64,000 nt of DNA from Octopus bimaculoides. Its lineage: Eukaryota. The notes beneath the pieces are model-generated. The model ran no database searches and was not told the DNA's origin. It saw only the letters and a program-made list of their open reading frames with translations. The translations under genes were made by a program, and so were the position numbers. The DNA lies in the NCBI RefSeq assembly GCF_001194135.2, contig NC_068998.1, forward strand, positions 51,686,981 to 51,750,980, given 5' to 3'. Shown here piece after piece: positions 51,534-63,975 of this stretch (its first letter is position 1; each line of letters opens with the position of its first letter).

Positions 51534-52699
51534 TGTATGTTTTTGCATGTGTGTGTGTGTGTGTGGAAAAGCAGTTATGTCCTACATTTTTTTCAAAGGT
51601 ATATTTAGAGAGAGAGAGAGATTATTAAGGATCAATTTCTATTGGGGCTTATTGAAGAAAAGCACACCACATTAATGGCTGTATGGTAAAATACAAATCA
51701 ACAAGTAAACAATTGAAGCAGTCCAGTGATTTTCCGTAATCTGCAACTCCAGGTGTATCCAAATTTCTAGAGAACTTCAGGGTGGTGTAAAATAACAATA
51801 AACAAAAACAAATGGATTATACAGATTAGCTACAATCGCTTCATTAAGAAATTTTATTGCATTATATGCACTCACATGCATGCATGCATACCACACACAC
51901 ATTCATATGCAGCTATATCTTCTAAGCCTCTTCTGTGTTTATTGCATTGCAAAGATACTGACAATTTTCAGTTTATCCAGAAATATTCATTCTCTGAAAA
52001 GATGTTCTTGACTTGAGCTTCATAAAAGTGTTCAAAAAGAAGAAAATAATACGAAAACAGAAAACCCCTCCAAAAACAAAATATATAAATTTAAAATGTT
52101 TAATATAATTTTTATCGTTTTACATTCTTGGGAGTCATTGCTTTCTATTTCCTTTTTACTTTTTTTACAATACTGTGCAAATTTCCGTTATCATTCTGCA
52201 TTAATTCATTTTCTAATCCGTAACTCATTCCAGTGTCTGTTGCAGTTCTGGGGTCCCATGGTATTCTTAGACTTTCTCTCAGAAGCAAAAAATGGAAAGT
52301 TACGAAGCTTCTGACCCTTTCCTTGAAACGTGTCCCTATTCTGCATTGCAATCACCTAAGCACTGTGCTGTAACCTACATCTAGGAGTATACATTCACTT
52401 AGTTTTGTATATTATAGAGACTATAAAATCATGTTATGTCCCTGCCCCTGCACATAATCTGTCCCTGACAAATCTCTCCCCAATAATCTCTCTTCCTAAC
52501 ATTTCTTCCATCTCTCCACCCACCTGAGTTCACCATTACCGTCCCTCTATCTTCTACTCTCCCTTCGCAGCTTTGCAAGCCTACCTGCACGCATTATGTC
52601 CCTGTTGAATCCCTTCCCCTCAACATATTTTCATAACACACCCTCCCTTTATTTCTGTCCACTCCCTACATCCTCTTCTCACCACGTTCTACTCTCTCA

Positions 52700-53830
52700 A
52701 AAACTGCTTAACAACTTAAAAGATGAAGACAATATTAAATTTGGTTACGAGTGACAGAAGTAATATTTTTGTAATCATGGATAGAGAGACATATATATAA
52801 TACAAAAATTAATAATTTACTCAAAGACAAAAACAAATTCACTAAAATCAGGAAAGACAACACCAAATAGCTAAAAGTAAAATGAAAGTAGTTTATTACA
52901 GCAATAAACACACAAATAGTATCACTTTACTTTCCAGGCATTAAAGGAGAATTATCCCTAACACATGTGGTGCAGTAAAAATGCACAAGCAAAACATTCC
53001 CCTCAGACCTTTTAATATCCCATAATAGATACACCTACGCATTCAGTTGCCAAACAAATACGCAGCTTTATCAAAGAATACGCACCAGTAAAATATAGAA
53101 TAAAATTATCTGAGGAATTTCTATGGATTTTAGACAAAACCAATGCAATATGTAGCATCTGCACAGTAAGATGTAGAAAGTTTATTTCCAGTGAAAGAAA
53201 GAATAGAAATCATAATAAAAAATGTATATAAACACCCAAATATAAAGTCAATGCAATACCAGAAAACTTATTATTAAAAAACACTAATCATGGTGTGTAC
53301 AACTAAAGTATCTTCTTGTTGCCCACATGGTAATTTATACAAACACTAGATAGAGTGGCCTTGGGTTTCCACTTAGGACCCGTGTTTGCAACTTTCTACT
53401 TATCCACAATCAAGAACAGAATAATACAGAAAACATCCACACTTAATATACACCTAATAAATAGATGATATACTAGAGGTAAATGAATGCATTATAAGAA
53501 GTTAAGAAACTCAAAGACGACTTAGAAAACAACTCTGTTCTAAAATGTATCGTTAAGAACAAAACAAATGGGACCATGATTTTAGGCACAACCATACAGG
53601 GACAAAAATGTGGATATATTCAATAATATACACCAAAGATTCATACAAATGCATTTACCAGTAAATGCCCACACAACTATGTCAGTGGTAAAAATCATTA
53701 CTTAGAAGAACATTTATATTCTCATCCACAACAAGGAACTAAGGAAAGAAATTCACAAAAATCCACAGCATTAATTAACAGTGGATATTTTAATAGACTT
53801 GTAAACTGAGTTCTAGAAGAATAGAGGATA
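52700..53830 (+). pseudogene. Decayed Penelope-like element reverse transcriptase
   Basis: Across frameshifts and stops: VKMHKQNIPLRP (52975-53010), IDTPTHSVAKQI..YAPVKYRIKLSEEFLWIL (from 53025), MVCTTKVSF, DRVALGFHLGPVFATFY (53349-53399), (stop)IDDIL (53461-53475), LENNSVLK, LINSGY. These match PLE RT motifs KxHKxxxPLRPI, DGxAMGSPLGP, YxDD. Confidence 0.8.
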
Positions 53831-54067
53831 AATACAACAAAAACGTCAGAGAATACTTTCCATAGAAATGCACAGGCCACACATAAAATTTATTATATGA
53901 ATCAAACGTATAGAAACTATTAAACATTCTGTTCTTCCTTCATACATCTTGTCAGTTCAGAACCATGGTAGAAGACGCTTGGCAAGGGTGCCGCACAGTG
54001 GACAGAACCTAAAACCATGTGCTTATAAAGTTAACTTCATAATCACTCAACTATAACTGTATCTATT

Positions 54068-54102
<35 letters not shown>

Positions 54103-54220
54103 ATATATTATGATTATTATTATTTTATGAATTTTACTTTGTATTTTATTATTCTTATTTATCGTGTATTTACTTATTAATTTTTTCTATATGTGACTCT
54201 GGATTTTCATGGATGAATTC

Positions 54221-54273
<53 letters not shown>

Positions 54274-54279
54274 CACATT

Positions 54280-54515
54280 TATTTTCGTCCTTAGTGTAAA
54301 TAGACGTGGATGAATTTGTTTTGTTCTATGTGAATATTTATGTCTAGAAATGGAATCATTGTATTGCTAAAAGATGTATTATTTTTACTGTTCTTGATAT
54401 TGAATCTTAATATTGAGTTGTTTTCTAAGTCTTCAATTAATTTCTCAGTATTTTTCAGTGTGTCCATTACAATGGACATATCATCCCTATACCTGATATA
54501 TATATTGGATGTTTA
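54280..54515 (-). pseudogene. Second Penelope-like RT fragment (YxDD to thumb region)
   Basis: Minus frame NIYIRYRDDMSIVMD..LIEDLENNSILRFNI..IPFLDINIHIEQNKF, then ITSIYTK after a 1-nt shift. Confidence 0.75.
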
Positions 54516-55734
54516 TGTCTAGATACCACTTTATTTATTATTGCAACATTTTCAACACAACAAATTCGTTATCATCATAGCTTTACATCCACTGTTTCTT
54601 GCAGGCATATGTTGGTTGAGTTTTCTGATGCTCTTCCTGTTGCCAACTTTTTTTTTATTATTTATAGTGAAGACACAGTGTTACTATTTCAGAACAGGGG
54701 AATGAAGGTCCAGTTCTTACAACATAGATATGGTATAGCTATTCTAAAACCAGCATATACATGTATGTTCTTGTGTTTCTATTTGCACTGGTATTTTATT
54801 TATGCTATGTTCTTTTATGTTATAATTTAGCCACTCAATGAACTGGGATTTGTATATAAATAAATAAACTTTAGACTGAAAGAAGTACTGCTGCTATTGA
54901 CATGAACAACTAAAAACCTTTCAAACTAGTTTCCCATCGTGGCTGCAGTCTAATGAGTGAAGCAAGTAAAAGAATAAAAGCTCATAAATTAATATTTTGA
55001 TTGATAATATAACTTAAATGTTATCAATTTCAATACATTAGCCAAATTATAATCCCCATTTTTTTTGCCTATTTACTCTTGCTTACTGAGAACTAATATA
55101 TTATTTATTCTAAGATTTGTTTAGATTATTATTTGTTAAGTTGTGAGATTATAATTTTTTGGTCTGTTGCAGATGAAAGATTTTCCAGCAGTTACACTTG
55201 TTTTATATTGCCTAAGTAAATGCTGAAAAAAAGTTAATAATCTGAAAAATTTTAATCTTCTTAAAAAATAAATCATCTCAGACATTTTAAAATTTGATTA
55301 AACCATGTTAATGAATTATGAGAGTGTTGATGACAAATTGAAAGTTTTCTTTAATTCTTTTCTCCAAATATTTTGTCTGTTAAGTTTTAAATCTTGTAAA
55401 ATTTCATCTTTAAATACATTCATTTGTTTTAGGCTTCTAATTTTGTGGACAGTCAAAACAAAATTACAGTTAATATCATTTTATAGGTCTTAACTGATAT
55501 CATTTTCTCTTTCGCTTTTTCCTCTCTCTCTCTCTCTCTCTCCTCTTTCTCTCTCTCTCTCTCCTCTTTCTTTCTCTTTCTCCTCTTTCTCTCTCTCTCT
55601 CTTGTTGTTTAACCCCAGGTCATCTTCGATTAAGCAGATCTATCTACAATATTTTGCCAGCTGTGACCATATCTTCTTTTATTTAGACATAACACACATT
55701 CATATATGAACTACATTATCCATCATGTTTTTTT

Positions 55735-55948
55735 AAGGCAGAAAGCTGGCAGAAGTGTTAGCACACCGGGCGAAATGCCTAGCAGTATTTCATCTGTCTT
55801 TATGTTCTGAGTTCAAATTCCACTGAGGTCAACTTTGCCTTTCATTCTTTCAGGGTCGATAAATTAAGTACCAGTTGCATAGTGGGATTGATCTAATTGA
55901 CTGGACTCCTCCCCCAAAATTTCGAGCCTTGTGCCTAGAGTAGAAAAG
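55735..55948 (+). mobile_element. Family D SINE inserted into a family E repeat
   Basis: 20-bp TSD ATTATCCATCATGTTTTTTT at 55715-55734 and 55949-55968. Confidence 0.85.
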
Positions 55949-56369
55949 ATTATCCATCATGTTTTTTTTTGTTTTCCTGCCAGGTTATATAATTATCATT
56001 TTTACCTTTACCAATGGAAAAGAAACATTACATTTTAAAAATATTTTTAGTTTATTTCCATGAACATTTCACAAAAGTCATCACCTTTCCACTGTAATAT
56101 GTTTCCAGCAGGTAAAACCTGATTGAAACACGTTCTTTCATATCTACATTTCTTGTATTTCAGTTATCATTTAACAAATTTAAATTAAAAATACTAAAAT
56201 ACTTTACTTGTTGCTAGGCAATATTTCTCCATGCAAGACAGGATACCAACAATATTGTATTTGGTCAATTTCGACAATCAGGCTCTTTCTTGAAAGACAG
56301 GCGGAGTAAAGTGACTGATAAGAAATAACAGTGGTTCTTTCACAAATATATTTCACTAAGACATCTGCT

Positions 56370-56615
56370 TATCTTTTATTTTTCACTTGTTTCTGTCATT
56401 GCACTGTGGCCATACTGGGGCATCACCTGCAAGAGTTTGGTCAAACAAATCAAATCCAGTACTCATGTATTTTTTTCTAAGCTAGGTATTTATTCTATTG
56501 GTCTCACTTTGATAAACTACTAAGTCATGAGGATGCAAACAAACCAACACCAATTGTCAAGATCTGGGTGGGAGTAAACACGAGGACACACAAATTACAA
56601 ATTGATATATGCATG

Positions 56616-56679
<64 letters not shown>

Positions 56680-56694
56680 GGTCTTCTTTCAGTT
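56370..56694 (-). mobile_element. Family A SINE, 3' part, fused to the mariner fragment
   Basis: CACTTGTTTCTGTCATTGCACTGTGGCCATACTGG..(TA)n..TCTTCTTTCAGTT. Confidence 0.65.
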
Positions 56695-56925
56695 CATCTT
56701 GGGTGTTACAAGGAGTTTTGTTGGTCTCTCACTCAACTGCACTCCACACATAATAAACAAGGGGGTTGCAGTCTAGGGATTTAGGTGGCTAGATGTTAGG
56801 GGTGATGCGGTTGTAGAAATTGTCTGACAGCCATGACTGGGTTCTCCTGCTTGCATGACATGGTGCAAGGTCTTGTTGCTAGACATAGGGTCTTCCAGTA
56901 GCCACCCTCTTGACCCAAGGTGGTA
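56688..56925 (-). pseudogene. Tc1/mariner (maT-like) transposase fragment
   Basis: Minus frame PWVKRVATGRPYV*QQDLAPCHASRRTQSWLSDNFYNRITPNI*PPKSLDCNPLVYYVWSAVE*ETNKTPCNTQDELK; matches QQDxAPxH and WPPNSPDLNPLDY motifs. Confidence 0.85.
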
Positions 56926-57059
56926 TGTAATTCGCTAGTCCAGAATAGTAGTAGTAGTAGTAGATAGAATAAGCAGAAAGTAAAGACTATATCTCTGTCA
57001 CCTTGTGCTTGTTAACTTACAAATGTTCAGTCTGAGTATAACTATAACAATCCCGTCTG

Positions 57060-57350
57060 AGGGCCTCTGTACTGCACTTTGGCCAAGTATTTCCTACTAT
57101 AACTTTGGGTTAACCAATGCCTTGTGAGTGAATATGGAAGACGGAAAATGTGTGGAAACCTGCCGTGTATGTGTGTGTTTGTCTCCACTACTTGACAATG
57201 TTGGTTTGTCTAATGGTCCCCCATAACTTAGCAGTTTGGCAGAAGTGACCAATAGAATGAGTACCAGACTTTAAAAAAAAAAAAGGTAAGTACTGGGGTT
57301 GATTAGTTTAACTAAACCCTTCATCAAGGCAGTGCCCCAGCTTGGCCACT
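57060..57350 (+). mobile_element. Family A SINE, diverged
   Basis: CCAATGCCTTGTGAGTGAAT..GACGGAAA..CATAACTTAGCAGTTTGGCAG..AAGGCAGTGCCCCAGCTTGGCCAC. Confidence 0.65.
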
Positions 57351-57569
57351 GAAAAATAAAACGTATAGCAGCTCAGATTGTATATTCTTGCACAAACAGA
57401 ATTTTCCATTTAGTCTTCTTGTATAAATGCTTACATTTGTGCAATATAATATATAAGCAATGTCTTTTAAGATAACCTTTTGCTTATTCAAAATATAAAG
57501 CTTTTTTTAATAAAAAAAAGATTATCTTCAAAAATTTTAGAGTTCAAAGATTCTTTTCTACAAAGTTCT

Positions 57570-57583
57570 TTTATTATTATTAC

Positions 57584-57640
<57 letters not shown>

Positions 57641-57641
57641 C
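57570..57641. repeat. (ATT)n microsatellite
   Basis: Direct reading. Confidence 0.95.
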
Positions 57642-58247
57642 ATTTAACGATGAAGTCTTAGTTTTGTTTCAGTGCAATGCAACATTAGTAATTATCTCAT
57701 TCTGGAAGAAATTTATTAAAAAAAAATTTGTTGGTTTGTGTCATTGAAATTTATGCGTTGTTACTCATAGGTTTGTTGATTAAATCTTTCCCCTTTAGTT
57801 CCTTTACTGTTGAGTTTAAATTAGTCTGTATTTATTTTTTTACTCTCTATTCATACGGTCTTTTTTTTTGTTTTGTTTTGTTCATGATTGCTTGATTCAA
57901 TGTCAAAGTTGTTTCTTAGTCAGAATGATCTAATACAAGTTTTATGTTACATAATCAATAGCTTCTTTTGAAATACAGTTTGTTTGTTTGCTTCTTTTTT
58001 TTTTTCTTTGGTGCTAATTCACATCTGTATTTTTGGAATTATATATTAAAAAAAAATATCATAATAGTGACAAGAAATTTTAATAAATGAAGATCCATAT
58101 AATTATTTCAAGACATCACTGTAATTATTCTAATCATGTTAAGATATTTTCTATTAAGTTTTGTGTAATTGTTTCTACTTTATCTTTTAGTCCCCCTACT
58201 GACAATTACATAAAATAATATTAACTGTAATTGTATTATTAGTATTT

Positions 58248-58397
58248 TATTCTAATGCTAGGTTGAAATTTTTATTTTAAACAATCTTAATGCAAATCTA
58301 AAATGAAAGACATTATAAAATATTATTCTAATGTTAGGTTAAAATTTATTGTAAGCAATCTTAATGTTAATATAAAAAGAATGACATAATAAAATAT
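58248..58397 (+). repeat. Imperfect tandem duplication of a ~75-bp unit
   Basis: TATTCTAATGYTAGGTT..CAATCTTAATG..GACAT occurs twice. Confidence 0.7.
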
Positions 58398-58624
58398 AAG
58401 GTACAAACCATGCTGATAGCGTCATGAAAGTACGTATGTTTTAATTATTTATTATTAAGAGTAGTTTTTATGGAAAATAAAATATAACTACAATAATAAT
58501 GTCTCTATTCACAATATGATGTAGCATATTTGAACATGAATAGGCTGATCGCTGTTGTTTTTCTTCATCAGAGAACATCTCCAATGTGAATTTCTAACAT
58601 ATGCAATTCAGTGATCTATGGAGA

Positions 58625-58676
58625 CTTAATGACACATGAGTGTTTCGACCTTATTGTGTGTCTCCTCAGTCAAAGC
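58625..58676 (-). ncRNA. Hammerhead ribozyme motif with perfect core and stems II and III, weak stem I
   Basis: Minus strand CTTTGA-CTGAGGA-GAC(ACACAATAAG)GTC-GAA-ACAC(TCAT)GTGT-C-ATTAAG: GUC triplet; stem I pairs only partly. Confidence 0.65.
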
Positions 58677-59845
58677 TACCCCTGGACTAATTTATCTAGC
58701 AAGAGATATGGTGCTATTCATGTCAGTAATCTATGACCAAACAGATTTATGGATCACCATGTCTTGTTTGAGGATTAGTGTACCCAGAAATACATTACCA
58801 AATGTATTTCATTTTTAAGGTACTAGTTCTGAAAAACAAGTTTCAGTTTCCTAGTTTTTGCAACTCAAGCAATTACATAGACAAAACCTTATATGTAAGG
58901 AATATATTATATCTATATGTATGTGTATACTTTCATTTGCCTTATCACAGTTAAAATTTGAATAATCAACTAATGATAATGTATAGTCTCTTGCTTCAAG
59001 AGCGGGTTATTTTTATTCTATTTTATTCAATAAACTTACCATATTAAATAAAATGAACCTTAGAACTGTAGATGCACATTTTGCACAATTGCATATATGT
59101 ACAAGCCTGTCCCTTCATGCATACACACATGGATTTATTCATTCAATGACAAAAATAAATCCTATCTTTACTTTCTCACTGTTAATTTCTTCTGCTGAGC
59201 TTTCCTAAAATAGAAGAATGCTGTAACTCTTTTAGAGGACATTCCACTTTCCTATTTTCTTTCTGGTGCCATCTAAAACAATATCATTAATCTCTTAATC
59301 TCATATAGTCAAGTGTTGATGTCAGGAGTGTCACTTTAAGACAATGGCTGAAAGTATCACCACTAAAGTTATCACAAGAGAGACAAAAAAAAACAAAACA
59401 TTATTTGCTTTAAGTCATAGTTTTTCTGTTTGTTAAATATCCTTTTAAGAACAATATTGCATGTTAAATATGTTTTTTTTAAAACATGCAGCAATATGTT
59501 TTTTTTTTTGTTTTTACTTGTTTTCTTACTTTTGTGGTCGTTGCTCTCTACTTCTTCATATTTCTTAAACTTAATATGACAACAGACAATTACTGATAAT
59601 GTGATTTATGTTTTTTTTTCTATGATGATTTTTTTTTTCATTCTTTGATTTATATTTGAGCAATAACTATTGTGTTTTCTTCTGGATGATTGCATTATCT
59701 AGTGTATCCTTCTTATTGTGAAGCGCATGTTGTGATAAGAAGGCGATTTTGCTTACACTTCTTGCAGGTCAAGTAGGCTTAGAGGTCCTGTAATTAACTG
59801 GCAAAAGTCAAAAACATGCACTTGAGACACCTAATGACTAATAAA

Positions 59846-59936
59846 TAAACACTCACAACGCCCGGCCTGGGAATCGAAACCACGATCCTATGACCGCGAG
59901 TCCGCTGCCCTGACCACTGAGCCATTGCACCTCCAC
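59846..59936 (-). mobile_element. Isolated, well-preserved SINE tRNA-like head
   Basis: Minus GTGGAGGTGCAA-TGGCTCAGTGGT..GGTTTCGATTCC; CpGs retained; no acceptor stem, so not a tRNA gene. Confidence 0.65.
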
Positions 59937-60215
59937 ATTTTAATAACTGTAGGTTAGTCCTATTTAACAGGCATTGGTTGTTGTTCGTTGTGAGAATGAA
60001 ACCAACTTATTAAAATGTTGGATGAGGGTATAGCAAGGCTGTCATCCATCAGTTGTTCATGGAGGAAGCTGAAAATGTTTAACTATTTGCCACTGTGTCA
60101 AGCTCTCTGAAACAGTGGATGAAGGTGTTAGCTTTTATAGGATAAAAAGAACTCAAAGGGACACTTCAAACTATAGGTAAGAAACACATGCAATCCCCTA
60201 AAAGTAACTTTTAAC

Positions 60216-60423
60216 TACTCTTTTACTCTTTTTTTGTTTCAGTCATTTGACTGTGGCCATGCTGGAGTACCGCCTTTAGTCGAGCAAATCGACCCCAGGA
60301 CTCATTCTTTGTAAGCCTAGTACTTATTCTATCGGTCTCTTTTGCCGAACCGTAAAGTTACAGGGACGTAAACACAACAGCATCGGTTGTCAAGCGATGT
60401 TGGGGGGACAAACACAGACACAC
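60216..60423 (-). mobile_element. Family A SINE, 3' half
   Basis: High identity to 41352-41560 (CAGTCATTTGACTGTGGCCATGCTGGAG..AGTCGAGCAAATCGACCCCAGGAC). Confidence 0.85.
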
Positions 60424-62224
60424 CCACTAATTAACTAATTAAATAACATTATTAAATCAGCTGCCCATTTAGAATATTTTCACATTTTGAATTTGTAACT
60501 TATAATTGTTAGTCATCAAGTCAGAGTGTGTGTGTGTGTGTATGTGTGTGCGATGACATCATGATGGCCATGTATAATTGTTCAGCAGACCTTCACAAAT
60601 CTGGGAACTAGCTCGAGTTCATGTATGAAAGCACATAATTGTTGCTGATTCTTTTAAACTGATTTATTCATTTATTTTAATAAACCTGGATGGTATCTTT
60701 CAATTAATGCACAACTTCATTATTGTTCCTAATGTTATTATTCAGAATGATATGCAATCACTGAAGATGTTCAATCAAAAATATTTGCTGTATTGGTTTT
60801 TAAGAGTAGTTTTCAACCTTTTCTGATCACTGTCTTTAAATAGTTTCATCTTCAAATTTAGCTATTCTTAGATTTTGGCTCCTTAGAATAAAATCAAATA
60901 ACTAATTGGAAAGAATCTTTTACCAGTGTATTATAGTATTCAGGCCTTTGTTTTGTTGCTATCATCCAATTATCAATGTACCATTATATTAATTCATTGT
61001 CTATAGCTAAAGATGCTTTTACACATTATTTCTTTGTTAATCTATATTAATATTCATAATAACTAAGATCATTCAGTCGCCTATCAAGCAAGGCTGTGTT
61101 ATTTTATTTTCTAATTTTAATGTTTGAGTGATAAAATTTGTGGCAATAACTCTTTTTGTATTTTGTTTCTCTAATCATATAGACATAATGTATCTATCTG
61201 ATTTACATAAACCACTGAGATTTAGTATCTATACATACATGCATACATATGTATATAACATACACATACATGCATACATACATATGTATATATATGCATA
61301 TATACATATGTATATATACATGCAAACCTCTGCCTCTACAACTTCTGTGGTTTTTACTCAAAACTATTATTATTTTGTTTGGTTCTTTTCTGCTAAAGAA
61401 ATGAAAACAACTTCATGAATATTTTTAGCAATGTCAATTAAAGAAGATTTTTTATTTATATATTTATTATTCTAATAAGGCATATTGGCACCAGTATGTG
61501 TTTATGCATATGTAACTGTGTGTGTGTTAATGTGAATTTATAGTTTTTATATGTGTACACACATGTGTAAGTATACATATGCCCAACTTTATATTTAAAT
61601 ATTTTCCGCTATAAAATAAAATTCTTCATTCAGATGGCTTTACAGAAGCTTTAAGATGTCACACTGGTACTCTGGGTGCACAGTTTCTTATAACAGAAAC
61701 AGCTGTAAGCTAATAAGTGATGACATGACTCCTGTTCTTTTGTCAGTCATTTTTAATGTGTGTGTATGTGTGTGCATGTCTGTGTGTAAGTGTGTGTGTG
61801 TGTGTTTGGTGCTTAGAGGAAGCATACTATAATGTATTGTATTAGTGGATATGAGCAATGCTTTTTAGATACATTGCCTAATTGTAATGGATGGAATTAC
61901 TTGAAAATGATTGTGAATTAGAATATTTGTGACAAGAGTTTTTATTAGTATTGATGGAAAAACGGTTTTAACTGTAAACCATTCTTTTTATTTTTCTTAA
62001 ACACAATGTTTTGGACTGTTTAGTATCCATTCATCTTAATGCATATACGCTTAGCAGCATTTTGTCTATCTTCACCTGGTGAGTTCAAATTCTTCCGAGG
62101 TCAACTTTGCCTGTCCTCCTTTCAGGGTTGATAAAATAAGTACCAGTTAAACAGTAGGGTCAATACAATCAACTAACTTTCACCCTCCATATGATTATCT
62201 GTTCCATTATTAAGCTGCTGTTTA

Positions 62225-62437
62225 ATGTGCTGAGCTGGCAGAATCATTAGCATGCCAGGCAAAATGCTTGGCAGTATTTCATCTGCCGCTATGTTTTGAG
62301 ATCAAATTCCACCACGGTCAACTTTGCCTTTCATCCTTTTGGGCTCGATTAGATAAGTACTAGTTATACACTGGGGTCGATGTAATCAACATAATCCCTT
62401 CCTCCAAATTTGAGGCTTTGTGCTTCCAGAAGAAAGG
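62225..62437 (+). mobile_element. Family D SINE (a second, older copy lies at about 62070-62190)
   Basis: 16-bp TSD ATTAAGCTGC(T/A)GTTTA at 62209-62224 and 62438-62453. Confidence 0.8.
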
Positions 62438-62529
62438 ATTAAGCTGCAGTTTAGAAGGTTCAAGCATAAAATTATGATTAAAATGTTTTAATTTAAATAT
62501 GAACAATTTAAAATAGGGAGTTTGTATCT

Positions 62530-62735
62530 CTGTCTATATTTCAGTTAATTTTGAAGGCAATGAAGAATTTAGGAAAATAATTTGTCATTATATTTGCTGG
62601 TGTTTGAAACATAATTAAACATGGAATTTTGATGGACAGTTTTAATTTAGATCGCTTTAAAACAGGAAGTTAGTATCATAAAACCAAGATCAGTGATAGG
62701 CAGGGCTGGTTTCAAAGAAAATTAAAATATTTGAA
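62530..62735. mobile_element. Copy of the 37221 MITE family
   Basis: GCTGGTGTTTGAAACATAA..AATTTTGATGGACAGTTTTAATTTAGATCGCTTTAAAACAGG. Confidence 0.55.
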
Positions 62736-63499
62736 CAGCTATATTCTTCCCTTCTACAGTTCAGTCTTTAGCTCACATAGTTTTATTTACCAAGTGTATA
62801 ATTATTGATTTTAACTTAATAAAAATAAATAGATTCAGTAATCTACAGAGAAGTTAATGAATTATGATGTTGATGATGCCACTTATAACACTGTACTTGA
62901 TAAAATTATGTAAATTCATGTTTTACTGTGCAGTCTTTCCTGCAAAAGTTATCGCTTTAATCAATTCCACCATTTTGTTTTCCAAATAAACTATAATCAT
63001 TACTGTCTCATAATTAACTAACTAACTGATTACTACCAATTAAAAATTAATCATGCAATAGGAGAAATATTTCAAATTTCTAAATAACAAACTGCTCTGA
63101 ACGCTCTGTGTTCAATATATGCAGCACTGTCTTTTGGTTACACCCACATTTCTTTTCTAGTGTTTATTGATCTGAAAAGTTTTTTTAAAAATTAAATAAC
63201 ACATAATATCTAACTGAAATTGTTGTTATAAAACCGATTTTAAATATCCATTAAATATCTGTAGAAGAATAAGCCTTGGAAGACATTGCCTTTTTTATCC
63301 TTTTTTATGATATCCAATCTTTAATTTTAGATGTTTATTTGAAATGGTTTTTATATCCATTTTCTGTTTCTGTTTTAAATATGGATCCAACATATTTGCT
63401 TTCCAATTTATCATCTGAAATATAATAGATTCAAAATGAAACTGAATTTTAATATGATACAAGAAAACAGATCATGGAACACATTGCTCTTAACCCCAT

Positions 63500-63975
63500 C
63501 AACAACCTCTGTGTGATTACTGAAGTAATTGTATGCCAGGATCAGTAAGACCAATCCAGGCCACACATAAAGCCCACAGCATTAGCCCCTATAAGTTCAA
63601 GACATTGTGGAGTCACGCTCTTTTGACAATGTTCCAGAATTGGTTTTTGTGTCTTTCCTCATTATGTGAAACTTGCCCCACACGTCCATATTTAAAGCAG
63701 AAACAGAAATCTGCCCAGAAATGGTCATCATTGACCCACCAAGGACATCAGGAGTCATTGACGATGTAATAGGGCTGTTAGATGAACTCAACTGTCCAAC
63801 ATCTGCCTTCTGAGACTGCTTCTTTTTCCTGCCCTTCAACTCTTGCCTGATCCTGACCAAGAAGAATTCAGCTGTGTTCAGGAAACAGGCAACCTCCATG
63901 TCCCAGCAGTTAGTGGCTACAACCACAAACACTCGGTGCCTTTTCACTTCCTGTGTTCCATTGGAATCTGCCATG
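63500..63975 (-). pseudogene. Possible LTR-retrotransposon gag remnant
   Basis: Higher GC than the flanks; FVVVATNCWD..FL and, in another frame, FCFKYGRVGQVSH (decayed CCHC-knuckle-like). Weak. Confidence 0.25.

Noticed and set aside
52300-52340. GAAACGTGTC resembling the PLE GAAACGCGTC stem III, upstream of the PLE RT remnant
   Set aside because: No CUGANGA at a suitable distance and no stem I.
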